NCBI GenBank assembly: GCA_018433885.1 | Contig: JAHDQK010000042.1 | Coordinates: 31 to 64,030, forward strand | From: Candidatus Cloacimonadota bacterium | GTDB lineage: Bacteria > Cloacimonadota > Cloacimonadia > Cloacimonadales > Cloacimonadaceae | DNA: 64,000 nucleotides | Direction: 5' to 3' | Shown here: one piece after another, positions 55,714 through 64,000 of the stretch | Layout of the letters: each line of letters begins with the position of its first letter | Position numbering within the stretch: the stretch's first letter is position 1 | The notes under the pieces: generated by a model | What the model was told of the DNA's origin: nothing | The model's input: the letters and a program-made list of their open reading frames with translations, nothing else | Database searches by the model: none | Position numbers and translations under genes: made by a program

Positions 55714-56123
55714 ATATCTACTCCCTAAGCATCAAAGAATATAACTAGGAAGCAGATTTTATCTTTCTTGAAAATGGTCAAGCAATAAATTACAGCCCCA
55801 GTGTAAAAACAACTAAAATTCCTCTGACTTAGTTGCGCGCCCTAGCTTCCCCATTGATCAAAGCATTCGCCATGGGGCGTTTCAGCAATCTTCACTGCTT
55901 AATCACACCATGGAGATTGCTTGGATGAATGGGCTGGATACAAAGATCATGACTGTTTGTAAATGCCAAGCGAATTTCTTTTGCTGAACATCGATGGCAT
56001 CGAAGAGAGCGAAAGCCAGCTACTTTCCGAGTTTACTGAAGGATAACGCCGCTCCCACAGATGCTTACTGAGATTATGGGGCAATTGCGCGATATTTGAA
56101 CAATATAGATAGCTTCTTGCCTA

Positions 56124-56660
56124 TCACTTAGTGGAAAACACCTCCGCACTAAACCTGAATAGTTCGGATTCCGGATCCCTTAGAGCACCGGCAGGGAGTC
56201 CCGCTTTATTTTCCAGATGCTTCAGGAATTGTGGGACATCCCAGTTCCACTCCACCGCAACCTGGGGCAAGAGCAATCCGCTCCCTTCAGGGTGGTCAAC
56301 ATACAGTCCGTCGCGTCCGATCTGAATCTCCGATGGATCATCTACCGGGATCATCTCACTAAGGATGGATATCTCCACCTGCAGATCCGGTAATTCGGAT
56401 TTGGAGACAGGCGGAAATCTGGGATCCCGGAACGCGGCTGCCACAGCCATCTCTTTCACGGATTCCACTATTGATTTGTAAGGCAAGATGTAGCCGATGC
56501 AGCCCCGCAGAGCTCCATCGATGTGCAGGCTTACAAATATCCCCCGTTTCACCTGATAAGCCTCATCTTCAGGCGCGGGGCAGGGAGAGCCGACCAAATT
56601 GTTTCGAATCACTGCCATCGCGTAATCCAGAAGACATTGTTTTTGTGTGGAATTTAACAT
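56124..56660 (-). CDS. AMMECR1-domain protein (AmmeMemoRadiSam system protein A-like)
   Basis: The 178-aa ORF has GIFVSLHIDGALRGCIGYI, DPRFPPV and LLPQVA, all typical of AMMECR1. Confidence 0.85.
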   Translation of the reverse strand: MLNSTQKQCLLDYAMAVIRNNLVGSPCPAPEDEAYQVKRGIFVSLHIDGALRGCIGYILPYKSIVESVKEMAVAAAFRDPRFPPVSKSELPDLQVEISILSEMIPVDDPSEIQIGRDGLYVDHPEGSGLLLPQVAVEWNWDVPQFLKHLENKAGLPAGALRDPESELFRFSAEVFSTK

Positions 56661-56669
56661 CTGAACTCC

Positions 56670-57488
56670 TTATACAAAGATTCTCGCAGCCAGATACCCC
56701 ACCACCTGGTTGTTCATCCCCGAGACTCTGCCGGAATGAGTGTATTGGATGACTCGCACTTTGGCAAGGCTATAATGCCCCGCCAGTTCAAGCATGGTCA
56801 TGATCCCTCCGATCCCACACGCTTCAAGTTTGCCCATCATGGCACCCTTCCACAATCCCTCGGAATCCAGATTTGTTACATGACGGATCACCTGGGCATC
56901 CATCTGTTCCGCTTTTTCAGCTCCATGATAGTGCGAAAGATCGCTGGAAACCACGATCAAGATCCTCTTGCTGGATTTATAGACCGTTTCGTAGAGTAAA
57001 TCGGAAAGCCGTTTAGCAACCTGCGGAATTTGGTTGCCTATCATCACGGGGCATATCAACGCTTGGGGAAAGAAGTGTTTGATCAATGGCAATTGGATTT
57101 CCAGAGAATGCTCCATCGCATGATAATCCAGATCCAAGTTCTGTTCCGCATAAGCACTAAGCCTGCGATACAGCTCACTATCCAACTGCAGGTTTCCCAT
57201 CGGACACTCATACTCTGTGAAGGGGGAAACAGAGAAATCGAAGTGACTTCCCTGATGCGACGGATGCAAAACGATCACGCTATCGATGGTCTCGTGAGCT
57301 ACACTCGCCATGCCCAATGCCGCGCACTGCCCGGAATAAATGTATCCCGCATGAGGCAGCAAGAGACTTATACAACGCTCGTTTACGGGAGTAGGAACTT
57401 TGTCCTTTATCCAAGCCTCAATCTGGCTTTGAATCTGGCCAGCGAAACGGGGATAGAAGGTTCCGGCATGCAATGCTTTGCGAATCAT
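56670..57488 (-). CDS. Memo-like protein (AmmeMemoRadiSam system protein B-like)
   Basis: The 272-aa ORF has AGTFYP near the N-terminus, LLPHAGYIYSG, VLHPSH, SSDLSHY and HSLEIQLP. Confidence 0.85.
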   Translation of the reverse strand: MIRKALHAGTFYPRFAGQIQSQIEAWIKDKVPTPVNERCISLLLPHAGYIYSGQCAALGMASVAHETIDSVIVLHPSHQGSHFDFSVSPFTEYECPMGNLQLDSELYRRLSAYAEQNLDLDYHAMEHSLEIQLPLIKHFFPQALICPVMIGNQIPQVAKRLSDLLYETVYKSSKRILIVVSSDLSHYHGAEKAEQMDAQVIRHVTNLDSEGLWKGAMMGKLEACGIGGIMTMLELAGHYSLAKVRVIQYTHSGRVSGMNNQVVGYLAARIFV

Positions 57489-58360
57489 CTGTTTGCCTCC
57501 TCGGTGCCAGCATTGAATAAAATCAGATAATCTGCCCTATGCTCCATTGACAGCGGCAGTATCGGGTTCTCGAGATCCTCGGTGGGATGTGGACTCAGGA
57601 CGGCAATCTTTAGGTTCGGCATCATTTTTTGTAACCGGGAAACCGTTCCCAGACGATTGCGACTGTGAAAATCTCCGTTGTAGTGGATAACTTTTGTGCC
57701 GGGTGATCTCTTTAGAAAATCTGCAATGCTTTCTGCCATAGTATCGTCCTTTATGCATTGTGCTCGATAGTAGTTTTCGAGATCCTTGTCACTGAACTCG
57801 TGTCCCCCCATCCTGATGGTTTCTACAAACTCGTTGCGGTAATCATCATCAGGTGCGGAGAGCTTCCGCGCGATTAACTTCCGCTCATCTTCCGGGAGAT
57901 TATCCACAAACTCCCAACCCTCACGGGCAACTCTGGTGGCATATTCCCGCGGGACATTTGCCGCAATTACTTCCAGTCTTCTTTGTTTCGCCAAGTTAAT
58001 CAGCGGAAGGTAGTCTTCATAATTAGTCCATGCGCGGCTTTGTTTTAGAAATTCCGATTCCGATAAGTTTTCTGCAAGATATTGATCCACAATGGGCTGC
58101 ACATCCCGCTCCCACATTTCGAAAGATAGCGCGAGGTTCGGGAAGAGATCTACTAAAACGTGGCTAAACTCCTCCTGAAGCTTGTGCAATGCTTCAATAT
58201 CGTGTAGTTCTCCAAACATTATCACATCATACGTGGCAAGTTCTTTTGCCACAGCTTTGGTATCCGGCATCAGTTCAGTTTTAGTGTCCACGAATCGCGT
58301 CTGTGCAAAAGCGCAAGACATCATAATAGCAAGAACACTCATCACTAGTACTTTCTTCAT
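57485..58360 (-). CDS. ChaN-family (Tiki/erythromycin-esterase-like superfamily) lipoprotein
   Basis: The 291-aa ORF has a signal peptide and DVIMFGELHD (the GExH motif of the ChaN haem-binding family). It has 4-nt overlaps with both neighbours. Confidence 0.6.
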   Translation of the reverse strand: MKKVLVMSVLAIMMSCAFAQTRFVDTKTELMPDTKAVAKELATYDVIMFGELHDIEALHKLQEEFSHVLVDLFPNLALSFEMWERDVQPIVDQYLAENLSESEFLKQSRAWTNYEDYLPLINLAKQRRLEVIAANVPREYATRVAREGWEFVDNLPEDERKLIARKLSAPDDDYRNEFVETIRMGGHEFSDKDLENYYRAQCIKDDTMAESIADFLKRSPGTKVIHYNGDFHSRNRLGTVSRLQKMMPNLKIAVLSPHPTEDLENPILPLSMEHRADYLILFNAGTEEANR

Positions 58361-58962
58361 ATATCCTCCGTTTGAAAATCTAACCTACCCAATGCTTTGT
58401 AGCCATCTAGAAATTCCCGGAAACCCTCACTCTGGTTTTGCGGAACGCGGACACTCATCCTTACCCCCTCCGCATAATCCACCTCAATCTCCATCGCTCC
58501 GATCGTGACCATCTGGTGCCTAAGCGTTGCCAGAAACGAGTAATCACACATAAGCGAATAGTAAATGTAGCTCTGATACTCCAGAAGTATTGCCAGAGCA
58601 ATCGCTTCGGTGGTGGCTTGGGTATAGGCGTCGATCAAGCCCTTCACGCCCAGCTTGATGCCCCCGTAATATCTGGTAACAATTGCCAAAACACCAGATA
58701 AGTCGTTTCTTAAGAGGCTGTTCAGGATTGGCTTTCCGGCGGTGCCTCCGGGCTCCCCAGCATCAGAATAGTATTGAATCTCGGCATCGTAACCCAATAC
58801 GTAGGCATAACAATTGTGAGTAGCGTTTGAGTATTCTGCCTGATGCTTCCTCAGTGCGTTCTGAGCCTCTTCCGCGCTCTCTACCCGATACAGGAAGGCG
58901 ATGAATTCGCTGCGCAGGATCTTGATCCCGTGTTGCACATCATCCTTGATGGTATATTTCAT
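58357..58962 (-). CDS. yigZ: YigZ / IMPACT-family (UPF0029) protein
   Basis: The start is taken at MKYTIKDDVQ, an ATG overlapping the umuC stop as TAATG with AAGGTG upstream. The conserved NATHNCYAYVLG motif is present. Confidence 0.8.
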   Translation of the reverse strand: MKYTIKDDVQHGIKILRSEFIAFLYRVESAEEAQNALRKHQAEYSNATHNCYAYVLGYDAEIQYYSDAGEPGGTAGKPILNSLLRNDLSGVLAIVTRYYGGIKLGVKGLIDAYTQATTEAIALAILLEYQSYIYYSLMCDYSFLATLRHQMVTIGAMEIEVDYAEGVRMSVRVPQNQSEGFREFLDGYKALGRLDFQTEDI

Positions 58963-60251
58963 TACTTCACCTTGGGCAGATCCTTCCAGGATGTGGTGTA
59001 TTTGGGGCTCAAGCGAGCGCGTTTCATCTGCCAATCCTGCCTTACTCCATTACTGGCGTAGCTTACGGTGTCTCTGCCAAAACTTCGGTTAAGTTTATCC
59101 ACTGCCCGCATTAATCTTACCCGATGATCGTCCAGATAGCTGTGTTCCATGATGCTGAGTTGTACGTCCTGCTCGTTGGAGATATCCGCCAACATCACCC
59201 CGGCTTTCTTATATTCAAACCCGGGTAACCACAATTCTGCAAGTAAATTAAGAGCTTCCCTGATCATATCAGGTGTATAGGCAGTAGGGGGAAACAGAGT
59301 CGTGGATAGAGAATTGTTGTATTGGGGTCCTTCCTTGAACCTGTTTGTGGAGAGAAACACCATCAGGTGGCCTGCCACGCTTTTCTGCTGCCTCAGCTTT
59401 TCTGCTGCTCTGGTTACATATGTCGATACCGCTTCCTGCAATTCATCCAGGCTTTCTACTTGCTTGCCAAAGGATCTGGAGTTTACGATGCTCTTCTTCG
59501 CCGAAGGAGCTTCATCCATATCCAGACACGAAAAGCCCCTTAATTCTAGTACAGTTTTGTGACCCACGGTAGTCATATAATGGTCGATAAACTTCTCGTC
59601 TGCATCCCGAAGTTGAAGCGCGTTCTCTATCCTGTTTTGTTTTAAAAACTTCTCGTATTGTCGCCCGATTCCCCATATCTCACCTACCGGCAAGCGGCAT
59701 AGAGCCTCCTTCGTTCTTGCTTCATCCAGTAAACTTAAAGCGCCGCGAAAGGCGGGAATCTTCTTGGCATGATGGTTCGCGACCTTTGCCAGGGTCTTGC
59801 TCCGAGAAATACCTACGGATACTGGGATTCCGGTCCAGCGATACACCGTTCGTTTCAGGTTCCTGCCCCATTCCTCCCAGTTACTCTCGCGAATCCCGGT
59901 GAGATTCAAAAAAGCCTCGTCGATGGAATATATCTCTACATCAGGAGAGAACCTGCTCAATACGTTCATTACTCTGGCACTCATGTCACCATAAAGAGCG
60001 TAGTTTGAGGATAACAATACACCATTTTGCTTGCGGATCTGAGCTTCATGTTTGAACCCCGGTGCGCCCATTGGGATTTTCATGGCTTTGATCTCGTTGC
60101 TACGGGAAACGATGCAACCGTCGTTGTTCGAAAGCACAGCTACCGGTACGCCCTGCAACCGGGGATTGAACACCCGCTCGCAGGATACATAAAAGTTGTT
60201 GCAATCTACCAGAGCAACTATCTGTTTATCCGATAATCCTGTACTATCCAT
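58962..60251 (-). CDS. umuC: Y-family DNA polymerase, UmuC-like (no umuD partner in the window)
   Basis: The 429-aa ORF has VALVDCNNFYVSCERVFNPRLQGVPVAVLSNNDGCIVSRSNEIKA, YSIDEAFL and a GAGGAG RBS. Confidence 0.8.
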   Translation of the reverse strand: MDSTGLSDKQIVALVDCNNFYVSCERVFNPRLQGVPVAVLSNNDGCIVSRSNEIKAMKIPMGAPGFKHEAQIRKQNGVLLSSNYALYGDMSARVMNVLSRFSPDVEIYSIDEAFLNLTGIRESNWEEWGRNLKRTVYRWTGIPVSVGISRSKTLAKVANHHAKKIPAFRGALSLLDEARTKEALCRLPVGEIWGIGRQYEKFLKQNRIENALQLRDADEKFIDHYMTTVGHKTVLELRGFSCLDMDEAPSAKKSIVNSRSFGKQVESLDELQEAVSTYVTRAAEKLRQQKSVAGHLMVFLSTNRFKEGPQYNNSLSTTLFPPTAYTPDMIREALNLLAELWLPGFEYKKAGVMLADISNEQDVQLSIMEHSYLDDHRVRLMRAVDKLNRSFGRDTVSYASNGVRQDWQMKRARLSPKYTTSWKDLPKVK

Positions 60252-60649
60252 TATTCTCCTCGTGGGTCACGTAAATCTGAAAGCGAAACTTTGTCAAGCC
60301 ATGCTGTTTGTGATTCTGTGCACAAATTTCCACAAGTCCCTACATATTGGATTTTGCTCCCCGGTTGTATCTTGACCTGAGAATGCCTACCGCAAACCCT
60401 AGTTGTTATACCATACAGCGCACATCCCTAAAGGCTCCAAATGGTACGCTTCCCAAAAAATCCCAGGGCATATCGCAGCAGAATCTCCTGAAAGAGATGC
60501 CATCTTGACCCAATAATGCTTGACGAAAATTGCCCCTTACAATCCATTATCCAAAGATTACAAAAAAATGGAAGCGCAATGATAAACATAAATCATTATC
60601 AGTTACTGCCAAACTTTAGCAATGAAGGTAACCGGATGCGGGAGTTTTC

Positions 60650-61606
60650 GTGAACAACGCTCATACCGTCGTCACAGCCTGCGATCATAGGTTTGTGTGG
60701 GGAGCAATGCTGTTGGGTCTATCCATGCGTTATCATGGAATGCAGTGTCAATACCATATCTTGGGTTACGATCTTCCTCCTGAGGATATCCATTGTCTGC
60801 AAAGCATTCCCGGAACCAAAGTGTTTCCCACCCATAAAACCGATACCCGTAGCGTTTGTACCCAGAAACCAATGGCAATCAACACCGCCGATACTCCCAT
60901 AATAGTCTGGATGGATGCCGATTGCGTCGTAAGCGGAAATCTGGAGAAGTTCTTTGTCTGCCCCGAAAACAAGTTGCAGATCCGGCAACGCGAAAAACCA
61001 GAAAACTATACTGTGTATCGCAATTTCTACGATCGCTCAGACCACCTTGGCGAAATCCCCGGAAAAGTTCTGACACAATGGCAAAAGGATGTATCTGATC
61101 TCACTAAATCCAGAATCAGAACCGTGTTTCAAACTAATTGCTTTGTTCTGTGTGAAGAACATCTGCCTTTCATCGAACTCTGGAAATCTCAGATGTTGAA
61201 AGTGATCCCAGCAGACACCAAAGGGGTTTATAGCAAAAACAGCATTGCCTATTCGATGACGGATGAATCGGTTATCAATTCGCTGTTTGCCTTTTCTTCA
61301 CAAGCTCCCCAGACGGCTGAGTATATGATGGATAAAGATCCTTCCGCTACCTGTATCCATTTTGGTTTGAATCCCAAACCCTGGCAACACTGGACTTTAA
61401 CGGCTCTGAAACATTACGATTACCTTCAGTCTCTGATCCTTTGGGGGAGAGCGGAAAGAATTGAATTACCGCAATTATCAAGCTCGCTTCTGCCAGTTAA
61501 TCGCTGGAAAGAACAACAAAGAGCCCTGCTTTTGGATTCACTTAAGTCTTTGCGGTTCAAGCTTTCCAGTCATGCGAGGGAATTTTTTCGACACTTACCA
61601 ATCTAG
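60650..61606 (+). CDS. Nucleotide-diphospho-sugar transferase, GT8-like (tentative)
   Basis: The 318-aa ORF has a GTG start. The N-terminal VVTACDHRFVWGAMLL and the DxD-like WMDADCVV resemble GT8-type glycosyltransferases. The gene is AT-rich. The assignment is weak. Confidence 0.4.
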   Translation: MNNAHTVVTACDHRFVWGAMLLGLSMRYHGMQCQYHILGYDLPPEDIHCLQSIPGTKVFPTHKTDTRSVCTQKPMAINTADTPIIVWMDADCVVSGNLEKFFVCPENKLQIRQREKPENYTVYRNFYDRSDHLGEIPGKVLTQWQKDVSDLTKSRIRTVFQTNCFVLCEEHLPFIELWKSQMLKVIPADTKGVYSKNSIAYSMTDESVINSLFAFSSQAPQTAEYMMDKDPSATCIHFGLNPKPWQHWTLTALKHYDYLQSLILWGRAERIELPQLSSSLLPVNRWKEQQRALLLDSLKSLRFKLSSHAREFFRHLPI

Positions 61607-61697
61607 TCAATTGCAAAATTGAAAATTGTCCTTGCCAAATTCGTTGACCTCATTATCATGTAGCCATTAACTATAGTATGCACAGAGGTAATGAGAT

Positions 61698-63671
61698 ATG
61701 AAACAAAGCATCAAGATAATTACGATACTCCTTGCGTTGCTCTTCACGCTATCCGCTTGCTCGGAAAAAGAAGACGATAGCTTCGTTCCAGTTACGGAAC
61801 TTACGATCTCTCCAGATTTCAACTGGCAAACCAGTAGCCAAGTAGAAGTGGAAGTAAGCTTACTAACAAACAACTCTGCTCCTGTAAGTGGAGTTGTCTT
61901 CGAAATATTCAGTTCGGAACCCTCCGCACTTAGCACTCCCTTGGCAAAAGGGATCACTCTCTCTGATGGTAAATATCAGAGTTTCTTGAATCTTCCAAAT
62001 GCCCTGAAGAAGATCTGGATCCGTGGCTATATGGGTGTTCATGAAGTTGTCATCAATAATAACCGAGCTGTTTTGAATCTGGGCGGGGCAATGCCCAAAT
62101 CTGCCCTTAGTGGGGATTTTAAAGCACCAAACTCCAAAGCATGGAGTTTCCTCCCCGGCTTTACCTTCAATTCCCAGGGCAGACCTTCACCGATGACAAA
62201 CGTGCCTCTCGAGGCAGATTTCATTACCCGTTTGAACTCCACTCTTCCAGAAAGCTCTCCCTTGCCCACCACACATCCTCAATATATGAACACCTCCAAT
62301 CAAGTAAACCTCAAGATCGACCAACCTACTGAAGTGTGGCTTACTTTTGTAAATGAAGGTGCCGATTATCTGAACTCGTTGGGATTCTATACATATTCCA
62401 CCGGTATGCCCCCCGCTACCACCAGCGATATCGACACCAGGACCATCGTGATGCCAAATGCCTCACTGGCAGGCAGTGGTGGAGAAATGCAAGCGGGAGA
62501 TACGGTGTATCTGGGGCTTTTTGATCCCGGCATCACAATGGGGTGGTTTCTTGTAGCCAATGGTTACAAGGGCAATGGCACAAACGTAAGCACAACAGCC
62601 CCCGTATATTATTCCGACGTACATCTGAATCCAGAATCAACTCCGGAGAAGAAGAAACACAGCATCTTGGTTTACGATCATACCTCTCAAAGGCTCGTTG
62701 TGGGTTTTGAAGATCTCCCCCGCATGAGTGGTAGCGACGACGACTTCAACGACCTCGTCTTCTTCCTCACCGTCAACCCAATTGAAGCAGCGGATATCGG
62801 CGGCATTCCCCCGATGGACAACCCCGAAGATACCGACGGTGACGGGGTGAGCGATGATTACGACGATTATCCCGCTGATCCTGAACTAGCGTTTAACAAC
62901 TACACATTCGGACCCGGCAATTGGGGTAGCTTGGTCTTTGAAGATCTGTGGCCCGACCGCGGAGACTACGATTTCAATGATATGGTGGTGGATTACAACT
63001 ATAATCAGATTACCCAACCCGGAAACCGAGTGAAGAAAGTAGAGATGAACTTCAAACTCCGAGCCATCGGTGCCCGTAAAGCCAATGGCTTTGCCGTCCA
63101 GACTCCGTTCGCCAGTTCAAACATCACCATGCTTACCGCCAGCCACCCTGCGCTCTTCGAGCACGAGACAGATGGTAGCACGGCCGTGATGAGGTTCTTC
63201 AACAGTACCTACGATCTTATTCCGCAGGTTCCTAACAGTTTCATCAATACAGAGCAGAGTATGCCATTCCACGAGCCGGCTTTGTTCTCTGTTCACTTCC
63301 GCTTGATAAATCCCATAAACATAATCAACGTGAATCCCACTCCTCCTTACAATCCATTCATCTTCGTGGATGGCATCCGCTCCAAAGAAGTACATCTACC
63401 AGGTTATCCCCCAACTTCCAGAATGGATACCAGCCTTTTTGGCACCGGTGACGATATTAGTTCAGAAGGTAACTGGTACAAAACAGCGGATAATCTGCCA
63501 TGGGCGGTGAACATCCCCGAAAGCTGGGATTACCCTGTGGAAAAGGCTCAGATATCCCGGGCTTATTCCAAATTCAAACACTGGGCACAAAGCTCTGGTG
63601 CTTCCTATCCGGATTGGTATAAAGACCTTCCGGGCTACAGGAACCCGAATTACTTCTACCTTACCCCCTGA
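61698..63671 (+). CDS. LruC-domain lipoprotein with thrombospondin type-3-like Ca-binding repeat
   Basis: The 657-aa ORF has a lipobox (LFTLSAC). It also has DDDFNDLVFF, DTDGDGVSDDYDDYPADP, WGSLVFEDLWPDRGDYDFNDMVVDY and PWAVNIPE, all typical of LruC/DUF4842 proteins. Confidence 0.75.
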   Translation: MKQSIKIITILLALLFTLSACSEKEDDSFVPVTELTISPDFNWQTSSQVEVEVSLLTNNSAPVSGVVFEIFSSEPSALSTPLAKGITLSDGKYQSFLNLPNALKKIWIRGYMGVHEVVINNNRAVLNLGGAMPKSALSGDFKAPNSKAWSFLPGFTFNSQGRPSPMTNVPLEADFITRLNSTLPESSPLPTTHPQYMNTSNQVNLKIDQPTEVWLTFVNEGADYLNSLGFYTYSTGMPPATTSDIDTRTIVMPNASLAGSGGEMQAGDTVYLGLFDPGITMGWFLVANGYKGNGTNVSTTAPVYYSDVHLNPESTPEKKKHSILVYDHTSQRLVVGFEDLPRMSGSDDDFNDLVFFLTVNPIEAADIGGIPPMDNPEDTDGDGVSDDYDDYPADPELAFNNYTFGPGNWGSLVFEDLWPDRGDYDFNDMVVDYNYNQITQPGNRVKKVEMNFKLRAIGARKANGFAVQTPFASSNITMLTASHPALFEHETDGSTAVMRFFNSTYDLIPQVPNSFINTEQSMPFHEPALFSVHFRLINPINIINVNPTPPYNPFIFVDGIRSKEVHLPGYPPTSRMDTSLFGTGDDISSEGNWYKTADNLPWAVNIPESWDYPVEKAQISRAYSKFKHWAQSSGASYPDWYKDLPGYRNPNYFYLTP

Positions 63672-63698
63672 TAATTACCCCATCAACAACATCCATAA

Positions 63699-63738
63699 GC
63701 GTCCGTTGTTCTCCCTCGTCAACGGACGCTACCTTTTT
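63699..63738 (+). terminator. Rho-independent terminator between convergent LruC and pirin genes
   Basis: GCGTCCGTTG, an 11-nt loop, then CAACGGACGC (a perfect 10-bp stem), followed by TACCTTTTT. Confidence 0.7.
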
Positions 63739-63742
63739 ATCC

Positions 63743-64000
63743 TTAACTTTGTGTAGGGCTAACCTTGATGAAAGTTCCCGCTTCCAGTTCCTTGAACGCC
63801 AAACGTATTTCTTCTTTGGTGTTCATCACGATGGGACCCCGCCAGGATATCGGTTCGTTGAGAGGTTTTCCAGAAAGAAAGAGCATGCGAAATCCCTCTG
63901 CGCCGCTTTTAATGGATATCTCATCACCGTCCTCAAATAGCACCAAGTCCCGGTTACCCAAATCCCTACCATCAACGTGCGCGGATCCCTGATATGCATA
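63743..64000 (-). CDS. Pirin-family protein, C-terminal part (5' end lies beyond the window)
   Basis: ...GKPLNEPISWRGPIVMNTKEEIRLAFKELEAGTF is the conserved pirin C-terminal motif. The reading frame stays open to the window edge. Confidence 0.7.
   Translation of the reverse strand, partial: YAYQGSAHVDGRDLGNRDLVLFEDGDEISIKSGAEGFRMLFLSGKPLNEPISWRGPIVMNTKEEIRLAFKELEAGTFIKVSPTQS

Noticed and set aside
55963-56046. 27-codon plus-strand ORF (MPSEFLLLNIDGIEESESQLLSEFTEG) in the 410-nt gap.
   Set aside because: It has no Shine-Dalgarno sequence, sits between two minus-strand genes, and has no recognisable family. The evidence is insufficient to call a small protein.
60252-60330. Search for an SOS/LexA box upstream of umuC.
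   Set aside because: I found only a direct CTGT-N8-CTGT and a weak TTGTG-N8-CACAA inverted repeat (60308-60325). Neither matches the CTGT-N8-ACAG or GAAC-N4-GTTC consensus, so no operator was called.

Overview
The window is a 64-kb, gene-dense bacterial chromosomal segment with about 50 protein genes, 5 tRNAs and 1 TPP riboswitch. I found no CRISPR array, cas genes, transposase, integrase or phage genes. The gene content suggests an anaerobic, amino-acid or propionate-metabolising bacterium that secretes proteins through the type IX secretion system (T9SS). The relevant genes are a tungsten-type aldehyde:ferredoxin oxidoreductase with a polyferredoxin, a pgk-mutA-mutB-meaB methylmalonyl-CoA mutase operon, a Thi4-type thiamine operon, T9SS C-terminal sorting tails and an LruC-domain lipoprotein. 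This is compatible with an FCB-group or Cloacimonadota-like organism, but the taxon is inference only. Housekeeping genes include ddl, alr, trpS, rimO, a DEAD-box helicase, a cold-shock protein and the radical SAM gene ygiQ. Signalling genes are unusually dense: two class III nucleotide cyclases, a HAMP-PP2C sensor phosphatase, a stand-alone receiver, and a receiver fused to a PPDK_N-type ATP-grasp domain.

The observations most worth a second look are:
1. A CHASE2 cyclase sits directly downstream of a tightly coupled operon encoding a receiver, a FemAB-like protein, Ddl, an unknown periplasmic protein, a FecR-like protein and an 800-aa outer-membrane barrel (7.3-15.7 kb). This is a candidate envelope-spanning sensory module.
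2. A structured GC-hairpin repeat element of about 260 bp occurs twice in inverted orientation (18.1-18.4 kb and 40.5-40.8 kb), each copy bracketed by its own direct repeats.
3. A translationally coupled operon links an orphan UmuC-like polymerase to YigZ, ChaN, Memo-like and AMMECR1 proteins (56.1-60.3 kb).
4. A 1181-aa protein carries complementary half-site tandem cyclase domains fused to a STAND ATPase and TPR repeats.
5. Alanine racemase carries an uncharacterised C-terminal domain of about 260 aa.
6. Two decay scars are present: an FG-GAP gene whose T9SS tail is stranded out of frame, and a relic of an SRAP/YedK-like gene inside a 1-kb hairpin-rich gap.

All calls rest on reading the supplied ORF translations and the raw sequence by eye. 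No database search was run. Coordinates of small motifs may be off by 1-2 nt.
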